A stretch of DNA of 59,826 nucleotides, taken from IMG/VR virus record IMGVR_UViG_3300021197_000662, positions 1 through 59,826 of that record; one strand, given 5' to 3'. Positions 11,301 to 16,490 of this stretch are shown here, in pieces. Position 1 is the stretch's first letter, and each line of letters begins with the position of its first letter. The position numbers and the translations under genes were made by a program. Source of the DNA: a virus. Taxonomy: Duplodnaviria > Caudoviricetes. Under the pieces are notes generated by a model that had not been told where the DNA came from, did not search any database, and worked only from the letters and a program-made list of their open reading frames with translations.

Positions 11301-11636
11301 ACCTCTCCCTCTTCAAGAGAGGACACAGGCCAGTTTATCGAAAACAGGGATAAGGTTCTAAGGGCGGCAAAGGAGCTTCAGTTCTCTTTGCAGTCTCAAG
11401 ACCCAGAGAGAGCCTCTGAGATAAGAAAAGAGTACGCCAACGAGTTAAAGATTTATGGTCAGCTAAAGGCCATGAACAACTACAGAAACAAGCTTGTCAG
11501 AAACAAGAACAAAGTTCAGTCAAGCAAGACAATACCAGAAGAGCAAAAGAAGGCTATCATAAGAAGCCTAAGAGACAAGATACAGGTAATAGAAAAAAGA
11601 GCCGCAATCATTATGAGGAATGCTGGCGTAAGGTAA
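2316..11636 (+). CDS. Giant polyvalent internal virion protein (3106 aa): metallopeptidase-like, ADP-ribosyltransferase (ART)-like, HhH-glycosylase-like and LPD38-like domains
   Basis: SD AAGGAG; HEIIH...EEAVAE (4659); HDYFGH...GEENAW (6345); LIHYS...RSYFG...DAGYSGY (~6800-7200); ALSPQ...KVRNF...DTHA...QSITW (~7690-8420); AARNVTVNF...FLFYNASVQG LPD38-like C-terminus; short K(Y/F/R)S linkers between domains. Confidence 0.85.
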   Translation: MANVYADSKRTGKSYLVSIAGDSPTPQELADIERYVDAVEGFGAPTTVQESPDEVGNLIDFTQGAASGLARSIADVPGGLASLTAAGLRKFVPGDQGEDSIESFGQGITDAARTGIDYVIGTPDDNIAGKAGQAIGSIGSYFLGGAGVVKGLGALGKSASAQRIGGTAAAATMGVGQGAQNQVDRIARFIEQGGEPTEKDLAILTGGLIGATEALPISKAFGVIANIFKKVPKDVKESAVKKLIPRLKSAAKVGGYEAIQESAAAWLQDLTEQGLYNPDLDISMSAYKDDAIYGGGAGATFNFLLETVAGRRVKKVLKAQTQLVLDQREEGEEVKQQVERAKGSLNEPEAPEAIAGLLTGPTEEGGVKDTTDFTVGADGDAVRERDEFGRPIDESTPFEDDLKNNPKEATKAFNENLKDLGLNQDQEQQALAEAARETQLGDQPVDLSELSEGESATLRQSRVRAGVQDVDGPTSLDEIKDVLGLPTYNRIGARQKPRTWQKALSEEEKSLAAEDAAIKEKVIDNKDAAKVLVESGEVLNKDGTVNRLKLQKALSLTVQQAQALINNMKTEGVVEPVSRTKVRPANPPTPPTEQQEAERSAETVLNELTRMRQEQQERINAAKEVGVGSQAEQLAIEDAQRAIDELDAKIKVQEVKLSDVRASAPPRPSASQARNNQALVVQEEAEGAKPTEEYKRRINAVANALRKYLFGLGLKDVDLVSQNVIDYSETINPDGSKDINITEGSEQAGENARRIITLAMEIYDPNLSEAELEQRLAGVLNHEIIHAMKGLGLFTDAEWASLVKAAEKRKYAKTINGRTIDREYTFLDRAEFMYPEDTPESQQEEAVAEMFRAYAEGRIKVGGKPKGLFSRMVRFIKSIFNAHADAGFTSAAEIFDGIKSGKVGRRQRNIRAASIAPAGAKYSTAGVRGTNIRAGFLIPERGNVERIQQSFKDVTKRIPQLTEAAQKLSDGTILYDEYDRLVNEFKPIIPYETVPAPATNEEMEGALKSNQIPKLNMLSKDMDGLVTGMRLDVSAYRDYGVWVPTIHHGKRSNVTNKDGKNLANLTISHQSTGIIENATFEAPQGRALAVAKGAQKGPFSTIEGTYKHATPDQSFAIAQQMMNDPTVVQVGFDPERHSYFYDRMTTQPVISADLVVQVGPLVLAKNPVFGNKSEFKFSVRTIRNMPTNLIGPIPIVHDVKTQYMNSVGLPNRRQGEYVEVDLPLATRIAAAFEEAEDRPNDPDVQIAYQAMANETMAQWQFIKNTGLDVEFIKEDMDNPYPNGSRDVLMDIRDNNHMWVFPTDTGFGQASITAEDEAANPLLAKADETVDGIDMRINDVFRIVHDYFGHGLEGATFTARGEENAWQSHVRMYSPTAAKAMTTETRGQNSWVNFGPVGEQNRENPASTVYAEQKITLLPDFAVNEGVAPDLESTNEQERINRSIKGSRISGDARSDRARVDRVATGSGNVRGEIPEGQEADFGTPKPTVDENGLTRLIHYSPIVGLDTISPREQLTNNRMRGDERERKVKFPNIYQARSYFGMNVGEANGYNQEATVGNNVYETQVPVDSLYDYDKDPEGFITKAANSVDDNIMERTWNKPKQFITTTAEKSIKDAGYSGYWSNSRMGMVAAMFNDTVVKPEGSIEKPVKRSARTATIDVPNVNNVDGARISQRFPKGASATEDPIEEILQLGANDIINNPKLLARTAEIVRGYNIITEEEAASLGDKELVETLIERLSSNLEFVYDNVPEATRERSKLWYVGANRIANENALKYSEESGSPVSIEQAAAVMAALSPQKDWYQNVSLGERLIDIYKTKMDFVPTPEMEATARRIFPKDVHQPMLDIIFMQGRNMPLSEYADAPLLQAMFIRLYDETYNDRGYYIVSPDGQNIGWARNANGSRSRVAWGSNKEITKAVMALTNPESISSEMGDRHKVRNFFNNIAAPFSQDGDVTSDTHAVAAAHLKPLSGSSTEVHHNFGTSPVASKRDENWRGAVSNSAPLGVKGTYALYVEAHRRAAARRNVLPREMQSITWEAVRGLFTPAFKQNKNNVRMIDRIWNDFRSGQKTIEEVREEVLNEAGDKGRFRPPSWEGPDSGSISSPELAVDPTELSGNVVSRSNPIDYSGDGVGTTGGTPNAETKYSKRSVRYVPSLEQGTGPLISNNAMLKASEQSYDRITYNNVARVLGKLYSKVFDEKKARAWEAKTERFVTKFQDAMLPVGKLMDELRSDGLSIPDAMDVYMREELAQGLMGARLDENKANLYEPLTDTIKQIEVDQAKIDQLANVSRFFEDARGAYDPKLAIADAYLYALHAKERNAYVLARNKTGLGSGMSDGEADAILAWVDSLNVQSKNTLNGIKNTVVQIVQNTNDVRREGGLMAEEYSFSNYVPLRGILDPEEDLSEDLDSVPRMGRKKRDNLYGGTAYQDPRITTGRGTEYAEDIIANVMVQNSRSIVAAERNKVGQAFLNIIDPKIMDPNAEYIMEKDNRDGIAIIVDKVTPDMQENVLKVKVNGRQEPYNILIRDNRVARAMRGAGGDGIERGGAVVRYMAKFNRYLSNINTTWNPEFAITNFFRDLETAGVNIGQYDQEGISREVMKNAAPAVKGILAVTREGGFEGYDKTNWTDVFNDFVSAGGKNSTNQVDSVKDQMESIKKVLDEVSNNSIKGKLGLSRNGFLYKIGGFLDAYNTAVENGVRVATYHALLKRGFSKDRAAQAARNVTVNFAKQGEEKALMNALFLFYNASVQGSMALFNAGIRSSKVRNIWGGMIIAGVLLDQFAAAASGDEDEDGVSDYDELGQYTLEHNIIFPTFGLVEQKFLKIPLGYGLNTAVNLGRSMSRVQRGEYTPAEGFNSTFGTLAESLNPLGDTNWENALIPTVGDPFISLAVNKDYKGDPIVKEASPFGVQKPDSQLYWSNTSALFKGIARAVNSGTGGTEITPGMIDISPETIDFWAQYFTGAAGAFALRTAESPSKTIESFRGDLEGDLIREIPFARKLFTSPSSREDTGQFIENRDKVLRAAKELQFSLQSQDPERASEIRKEYANELKIYGQLKAMNNYRNKLVRNKNKVQSSKTIPEEQKKAIIRSLRDKIQVIEKRAAIIMRNAGVR
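6616..6795 (+). CDS. Putative nested (+1 frame) 59-aa protein inside the giant gene
   Basis: GGAG-7nt-ATG; MSKKELIEASKDLVSQEMQGQTEQESIESQQDRAMSEARFQRAKKLTLERRSQQLMKTA*; host frame here is an R/G/S-rich linker. Confidence 0.55.
   Translation: MSKKELIEASKDLVSQEMQGQTEQESIESQQDRAMSEARFQRAKKLTLERRSQQLMKTA
8545..8754 (+). CDS. Putative nested (+1 frame) 69-aa acidic protein inside the giant gene
   Basis: GAGG-9nt-ATG; DPIVEALAALNLPLTRQNYLEMSYPEAIPSITAEMESELPEEL looks like a folded helical protein; host frame is a G/S/P-rich linker. Confidence 0.7.
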   Translation: MKQVTKEDFVHQAGKDPIVEALAALNLPLTRQNYLEMSYPEAIPSITAEMESELPEELLMPKQNIVSGR

Positions 11637-11670
11637 AGGCCAAGGGCCGCTTGTGCATAACAGCCCTTGG
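11636..11670 (-). terminator. Hairpin terminator for the leftward recombination operon
   Basis: Minus strand CCAAGGGCTGTT-ATGCACA-AGCGGCCCTTGG (12 bp with G-U pairs) followed by CCTTT. Confidence 0.5.
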
Positions 11671-11671
11671 C

Positions 11672-11759
11672 GAGTTATGTGACTTCCTTGAGCGCAAATC
11701 TAGGCGTGGGACGCTCAAGGATTAAAGCCTGTCACATGGCTCAACCATACCCACGCTTA
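11672..11759 (+). ncRNA. Unassigned structured RNA with pseudoknot
   Basis: P1 11672-83/11731-42 (12 bp); P2 11685-94/11712-21 (10 bp); loop 11701-10 pairs with 11750-59 (10 bp); G-U pairs only on + strand. Confidence 0.55.
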
Positions 11760-11764
11760 ACTAT

Positions 11765-11780
11765 TTGTACCGTGGTACAA
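11765..11780. promoter_or_regulatory. Palindromic operator TTGTAC-N4-GTACAA
   Basis: TTGTACCGTGGTACAA; one of five perfect copies. Confidence 0.65.
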
Positions 11781-11975
11781 TTACTTCTTAGCCTCATCAA
11801 ACTTAGAGTTAACCCAGTTAATTATATCTTCGTGTCTCCAGCGTTTAACTCTCTCTGAGATGACGATAGGCTTCGGGAATGTCTCATCGTTCTTTAGTAT
11901 CTTTTCAACAAGACGGTGACTCTTCAAAGACAATATGTTTGCAACGTCTCTCTGACCTATAAAATCATTGCTCAT
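11781..11975 (-). CDS. AlpA/excisionase-like HTH DNA-binding protein
   Basis: FPKPIVISERVKRWRHEDIINW signature; start reassigned to MSNDF (ATGA overlap). Confidence 0.75.
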   Translation of the reverse strand: MSNDFIGQRDVANILSLKSHRLVEKILKNDETFPKPIVISERVKRWRHEDIINWVNSKFDEAKK

Positions 11976-12454
11976 TTTTGATAACCCTGCTTCCATCTCA
12001 CGAACTCCTCTGTTATCGCCTTGAACCTTTCCCTAGCCTCAGAGTTATTCTTTAACTCTGCCCTGCTGGTGATGCCCAAGACTGATCTTAGTGTTTCAGT
12101 TACTGTCTTCTCTCTCTCCCCAAAAGAGCTTTCTATGTAATCAGCGTCTGGCATGTACTCTCGTTTATGCAAGAAGTCTGCAAACTCATCGTTCCTGCAT
12201 AACATACCGGCACTAGCAACCATCTTATCAACTTCCCTTTGATGATCACTTATCTCAGGCTGGTCATCGTCACCCAGCTTAACCATTGCCACCATGTAGC
12301 GAGAGCCTACCCAGTCAGTATGTAGACTAGGTGGAACATCATTAGGATGCAAGGCAAGTCTTAGTATAGTGCCTTGTTTGCTCTGTGACATAGAGGTCTT
12401 AACGGCCTCAAAGTTAACTGCGGCAGTCCTCACATCAACATTATCATTTTCCAT
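11972..12454 (-). CDS. Hypothetical phage protein
   Basis: 160-aa ORF with SD, in operon. Confidence 0.7.
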   Translation of the reverse strand: MENDNVDVRTAAVNFEAVKTSMSQSKQGTILRLALHPNDVPPSLHTDWVGSRYMVAMVKLGDDDQPEISDHQREVDKMVASAGMLCRNDEFADFLHKREYMPDADYIESSFGEREKTVTETLRSVLGITSRAELKNNSEARERFKAITEEFVRWKQGYQK

Positions 12455-12695
12455 ACTGGCTCTCCTTTAGAAAAATCTCTGATGTCCTACTGTCATAATG
12501 GTCACAGTCGGTAAAGTTTCTCACATGAGTGGTTCGCTTGATACCTTGACTAACTCTCTCCCAAGTGACCATCTCCTGACGGAACACACTTTCAGTGTTG
12601 TCTGGGAAAAAGTCTTGAGGAAGGGTTTTTGACAAATGACACAGCCCCTTTGTGGGGAAGTAGCATAAGTCTTTTGAATTTTTTAAAGACTTCAT
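12444..12695 (-). CDS. Hypothetical protein
   Basis: Overlapping start/stop with neighbours. Confidence 0.6.
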   Translation of the reverse strand: MKSLKNSKDLCYFPTKGLCHLSKTLPQDFFPDNTESVFRQEMVTWERVSQGIKRTTHVRNFTDCDHYDSRTSEIFLKESQYGK

Positions 12696-13039
12696 CTGTC
12701 CATCCTTCTCTGGTTTTGTCTCTTCTCACCAGTGTTGACTGTGTTGTTGAGTTCCCTTAACCCACTTACAGTCTGCCTTACGATAGACTCTTTTGATGAA
12801 TACATCTTATCTATGCCGCGCCCCAATCTAGGCCCATTTAGGGTTAGCCACTTGCTCTTTGCATAGAAGTCACCTCTACCCCTGTTAAGATAAGTCCTAG
12901 TCCCTCTAGGGTTTGACCTCTTGTCTTTAGGGTTAAAGTAATCCTTAAAGTTCATAACCTCATCACTTAACATTTTTATATGCTGAGCAAACTCTTCTAC
13001 AGTCATGTCTGCTGCATTTTTTTCTCTTTCACTAATCAT
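12692..13039 (-). CDS. Hypothetical protein
   Basis: 115-aa ORF in operon. Confidence 0.6.
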   Translation of the reverse strand: MISEREKNAADMTVEEFAQHIKMLSDEVMNFKDYFNPKDKRSNPRGTRTYLNRGRGDFYAKSKWLTLNGPRLGRGIDKMYSSKESIVRQTVSGLRELNNTVNTGEKRQNQRRMDR

Positions 13040-13046
13040 TTGTCTC

Positions 13047-13217
13047 TCACTTTATATCTTGTAGTTCGCTTTCAAGGGCGTGGATAACTATTGATATTTT
13101 TGAAAGCATATCGTGTTCAGTCTCCACCTTATCAACTCGCGTGTTCTTCCTAAACTCATCTGGTAGGCTCTCTATTTGATGCTTCAGATCATAAGCAACA
13201 CAAAGGCTCTCATCCAT
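13047..13217 (-). CDS. Small hypothetical protein (56 aa, not in ORF track)
   Basis: MDESLCVAYDLKHQIESLPDEF...ELQDIK*; fills the operon gap. Confidence 0.55.
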   Translation of the reverse strand: MDESLCVAYDLKHQIESLPDEFRKNTRVDKVETEHDMLSKISIVIHALESELQDIK

Positions 13218-13473
13218 TAAACTTCTCCCAATTCAACTTGGCCCATTCTTTAGGGTCTACCCCTTGCAAATCCCACCAAGTCCTTTCATCACCAAAGCGA
13301 TGCAATGTCATGTGACAGGAGTGGCACAGAGGAACACACCAATTGTCTCCAACTTTCATGCCCATAGCGTTAGGCTCTGCGAACATGATATGGTGCGCCT
13401 CTGCGCCATACCCACAAACCAAGCAGGGTGCGCCACGCAAGGTCTGTAGATATTTCTTGGATCGTATCCTCAC
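13210..13473 (-). CDS. HNH-like Zn-binding nuclease (DUF968/Ref-like)
   Basis: PCLVCG..AEAHH...DNWCVPLCHSCH...H pattern. Confidence 0.7.
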   Translation of the reverse strand: MRIRSKKYLQTLRGAPCLVCGYGAEAHHIMFAEPNAMGMKVGDNWCVPLCHSCHMTLHRFGDERTWWDLQGVDPKEWAKLNWEKFNG

Positions 13474-13829
13474 TTGATCCTAGTTACCTTTCTAAACGGA
13501 ACTATGGACAAATGATTTTCTTTAGGGACAGCCTTTGTCTTAGCAGACTTGTCACCATGAATTGACAGAATGCCTTGATACAATCCAGCAGACTGAGGCT
13601 CCGGAAGGAAAGCATAGTCCCCAACCTTCATCTTTTTTGCTGTAGATTTGTGCCATCCATATTTAATTTGGTATGACGGATCAGACTTGGTAGGCCAAGA
13701 GTGACTTGAGGCATCATTATCCTCTGGAACAAACTGATAAACAGCATAGTGTTCGACAGGACGATAGGGCTTCTTATGACAGGACTTTCCTGAAATAAGA
13801 GAGAAAAACTTTTTAATAATCTCAGTCAT
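13470..13829 (-). CDS. Hypothetical protein
   Basis: 119-aa ORF, translationally coupled. Confidence 0.6.
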   Translation of the reverse strand: MTEIIKKFFSLISGKSCHKKPYRPVEHYAVYQFVPEDNDASSHSWPTKSDPSYQIKYGWHKSTAKKMKVGDYAFLPEPQSAGLYQGILSIHGDKSAKTKAVPKENHLSIVPFRKVTRIK

Positions 13830-14122
13830 TAGAATGGGACCTCATCATTGGTTAGGGTTTTGCTTTGAGACTGTCCGTTAGCCTTTCTGGCGTAGTGTGT
13901 GTTGCCAACCAAAGACAGGAATGTTGATCCGTTCTTCTGGCTTACACGCTTCCAGCCAGCTAGATCTAGCTTAGGCTTTGGGTTTCCCTCTGCCATCTGA
14001 GCAACAAGGTCATTCACAACCTCGTCAGACAGCTCTATGTGGCCTGTATAATCAGGCTGAGTGGCTTTCTCTTTCCTGTTGTTGGTAAAAAGAACTCCTG
14101 ATGGTGGGTAATCGTTACTCAT
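13829..14122 (-). CDS. Putative single-stranded DNA-binding protein (DUF736-like)
   Basis: LFTNNRKEKATQPDYTG...LAGW motif; acidic DEVPF tail; adjacent to Sak. Confidence 0.65.
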   Translation of the reverse strand: MSNDYPPSGVLFTNNRKEKATQPDYTGHIELSDEVVNDLVAQMAEGNPKPKLDLAGWKRVSQKNGSTFLSLVGNTHYARKANGQSQSKTLTNDEVPF

Positions 14123-14796
14123 GCCGCTTTCTCCTTATTGGCTTTTGACTCTGGGAATTGATGGCTGTGCTTAGTAAATTTAGCCACAACCGCTTTGTAA
14201 AGAACTTTGTCTCCTGACTCTAAAACATTCAAAGCATCCTTGTTCTCTCCCCAGAACGCAGTTAGCTTTTGATATGTATCGCACTCGCTGATAAATGAGT
14301 TAAACACCTCAGCCATTACAAAATAACTTGCCTCTTCCTTAACCTCTCCAGAAGAGGACGTTATCTTTACCTTCTCCTCTTTCTTTTCTTCGATCACACC
14401 CTCTGGCAAATCCTCGCCAGCATAGATGTAGTGACCCAACCCATGAAACGCCAAACACTTAGTCAGACACCTCTGTAAAGCTGTGTTTACTTGAAAGCTA
14501 TCTGGTTGCGACACAGCCTTGTTTGCGTGATTGAGAACAGGCATAACCTCTGTTTGACTCTCATCTTCTATATCAACGGTTACTGAAACAAATGCATACC
14601 CTGCCGGATCAATCATGTAGGGCAAGGTGCAATCATTATTTGCACTAGAGTACAAATTTTTCGTGAACGTAGTCTTGGGATAATGCTTCTTCACAATCCC
14701 CCACGCCCATGCCCAACTCAGATATGTCAGGCCATTCTTTTTTTCGATGTGATCAGACACATCAACCTTAGATAAGGTTTCCCATACGCTACTCAT
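14119..14796 (-). CDS. sak: Sak/Rad52-like single-strand annealing protein
   Basis: EKKNGLTYLSWAWAW...NTALQRCLTKCLAFHGLGHYIYAGEDLP; start reassigned to MSSVW after AGGAG. Confidence 0.85.
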   Translation of the reverse strand: MSSVWETLSKVDVSDHIEKKNGLTYLSWAWAWGIVKKHYPKTTFTKNLYSSANNDCTLPYMIDPAGYAFVSVTVDIEDESQTEVMPVLNHANKAVSQPDSFQVNTALQRCLTKCLAFHGLGHYIYAGEDLPEGVIEEKKEEKVKITSSSGEVKEEASYFVMAEVFNSFISECDTYQKLTAFWGENKDALNVLESGDKVLYKAVVAKFTKHSHQFPESKANKEKAA

Positions 14797-14797
14797 A

Positions 14798-15682
14798 TTA
14801 ACCTTCTCCTCTGTACTGTGAACAAAAATCGGAAACTCCACAATAGTCACCGATACACCTTACCGCCTCTCCGGCTCGGTATTCTATTTCTAAAACATAT
14901 TCATTATCACGCGCTTTATGAGCCTGAGAAAATTCATTCGCTAATTGTTCAGTCTCAAAAACTCTCAAGGCTCTCTTGTTTCCCTTCTTTTTTACTGCCC
15001 AAGAATCGCTGCGCTTCCAAATTTCATCATTAGAACAAAAGGGGAACTCGCCCTCAGCGTCATACATCTTCTGCGCTTCTTGATGAATGCCAACTCTTTC
15101 ATTGATGTAATTGATGCGCGTCTCCTCGTCCCATATTGGGATGTCAACCAGCACAACAGGCGCACTAGGGTAGTCTGGCTTGTACTTTGATTCCCTCTTG
15201 TTCCAGTCCCTCAGTATCGCGCATATCTGCAAAGAGTTGACCTTTTTACCCTTATTTTTTTGTACGAGGTAGGCGTACATATTAAGTTGCCGCTCCCACT
15301 CAATCTTCCCATAGATCACAGACCAAACGCTTGTGACCTTGTAATCAGTTATCTGAATGTTTGCCCGATCAACAACCTGATGATCAACAGCCCCTGACAA
15401 GACCCATCCGTTAACCTCTGCAAACAACCTTTCCTCAAGTACGACATCATCAGATGGCTTGGTACTCTCAAGGACATGGTGAACAGCAGTGCCAAACAAA
15501 GGCCATATCATGTCTACTGCATCAACAGTTCTATCGTTGGCGTGATGATCCCTCATCAGCCTCACCCTTGGGCTGTCTATAAGGGTAGTGACAGATATGT
15601 CAGCATTTCCCTTGCTATATTTGTCATTTCTGGCAAAATCAACAAAGGATTTGGGCAATTTGTGATTATTGGTAATTTCCAT
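14798..15682 (-). CDS. PD-(D/E)XK (Cas4-like) exonuclease
   Basis: GTAVH...E...LSGAVD...ITDYKVT...QLNMY with C-terminal cysteines; start after GGAGG. Confidence 0.8.
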   Translation of the reverse strand: MEITNNHKLPKSFVDFARNDKYSKGNADISVTTLIDSPRVRLMRDHHANDRTVDAVDMIWPLFGTAVHHVLESTKPSDDVVLEERLFAEVNGWVLSGAVDHQVVDRANIQITDYKVTSVWSVIYGKIEWERQLNMYAYLVQKNKGKKVNSLQICAILRDWNKRESKYKPDYPSAPVVLVDIPIWDEETRINYINERVGIHQEAQKMYDAEGEFPFCSNDEIWKRSDSWAVKKKGNKRALRVFETEQLANEFSQAHKARDNEYVLEIEYRAGEAVRCIGDYCGVSDFCSQYRGEG

Positions 15683-15705
15683 GTTGTCCCTCCCTGTGAG
15701 TTTTT

Positions 15706-15734
15706 GTTGTATCAAAAGCGTTTATTAATGTCAA
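15706..15734 (-). promoter_or_regulatory. Sigma70-like promoter of the recombination operon
   Basis: TTGACA-17 nt-TACAAC on the minus strand. Confidence 0.6.
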
Positions 15735-15754
15735 TAAGGAATTTTGAGGACGAT

Positions 15755-16153
15755 ATGAACACAAAAACACATCAATTTGAGATACTTGGAGAACCGGCAT
15801 CAAAGGCCAACAGCAGAAAGATAGTTTTGATAAGAGGACGGCCAGCTTCTATAAAATCGGACAAGGCTAGGAAGTATGCCAAGTATTTCCTTGAGCAATG
15901 TGATCAGATAGAAGAGTTATTTTCTGGAGATGTTTGTGTCGAAATGTTAATCCACTACGCATCAAGAAGGCCAGACTTGGACGAAAGCTTGATCTTGGAT
16001 TTAATGCAAGGAAAGATTTACGAAAATGACCGGCAAGTTAAGCAGAAGAATATTTACTGGGGGCTTGATAGGGAAAGGCCAAGAACAATCATCAGAGTGT
16101 CATCTCTGGAGAGCGGTAATATCCCAAGCTATCTCGGATGCTTACCTGAATGA
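15755..16153 (+). CDS. rusA: RusA-like Holliday junction resolvase
   Basis: GEPASKAN...RRPDLDESLILDLMQGKIYENDRQV; real start MNTKT after GAGG. Confidence 0.75.
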   Translation: MNTKTHQFEILGEPASKANSRKIVLIRGRPASIKSDKARKYAKYFLEQCDQIEELFSGDVCVEMLIHYASRRPDLDESLILDLMQGKIYENDRQVKQKNIYWGLDRERPRTIIRVSSLESGNIPSYLGCLPE

Positions 16154-16337
16154 CGAAAGACAAAAAGACGATGTGATCAAATGGCTACGCACAGAAGACT
16201 TTGTGACTGTTTGCGATCTTGCCGACATAGATCACCGAAAAATGAAAAATAACTTTCTGTATATTTTGACACAGAAAGAACCGATTGCCCGATACGAAGG
16301 TAGAAAGTTAAAAGATTTAATAGATAGAAAACCGTAG
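16026..16337 (+). CDS. Conserved-looking hypothetical protein overlapping rusA
   Basis: ECHLWRAVISQAISDA...W...DFVTVCDLA pattern, recalled from alphaproteobacterial phage proteins; start uncertain. Confidence 0.6.
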   Translation: MTGKLSRRIFTGGLIGKGQEQSSECHLWRAVISQAISDAYLNDERQKDDVIKWLRTEDFVTVCDLADIDHRKMKNNFLYILTQKEPIARYEGRKLKDLIDRKP

Positions 16338-16339
16338 TA

Positions 16340-16410
16340 AAGATAATCTATAAACAGTCTATATAGAGATTATATTTATGTTATATATATTATATAAACA
16401 CATAATTCCT
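16340..16410. other. AT-rich element, candidate replication origin/unwinding element
   Basis: TA-rich tract immediately upstream of the primase-helicase. Confidence 0.4.
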
Positions 16411-16490
16411 TGTCTCTGATACCTCCAAAAATGCTTATTGACAGATCAGACGGCATCGATATATCGTGTACGCCTGTCGTGGAGGACAAA

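Noticed and set aside
11781-11975. Excisionase implying an integrated prophage
   Set aside because: No integrase, att site or host flanking genes are visible.
14798-15682. Cas4-like nuclease as part of a CRISPR system
   Set aside because: No repeat-spacer array or other cas genes; the context is Sak/SSB recombination.
15476-15754. N-terminal extension of the RusA ORF
   Set aside because: Overlaps the opposite-strand exonuclease gene and promoter; the SD supports a start at 15755.
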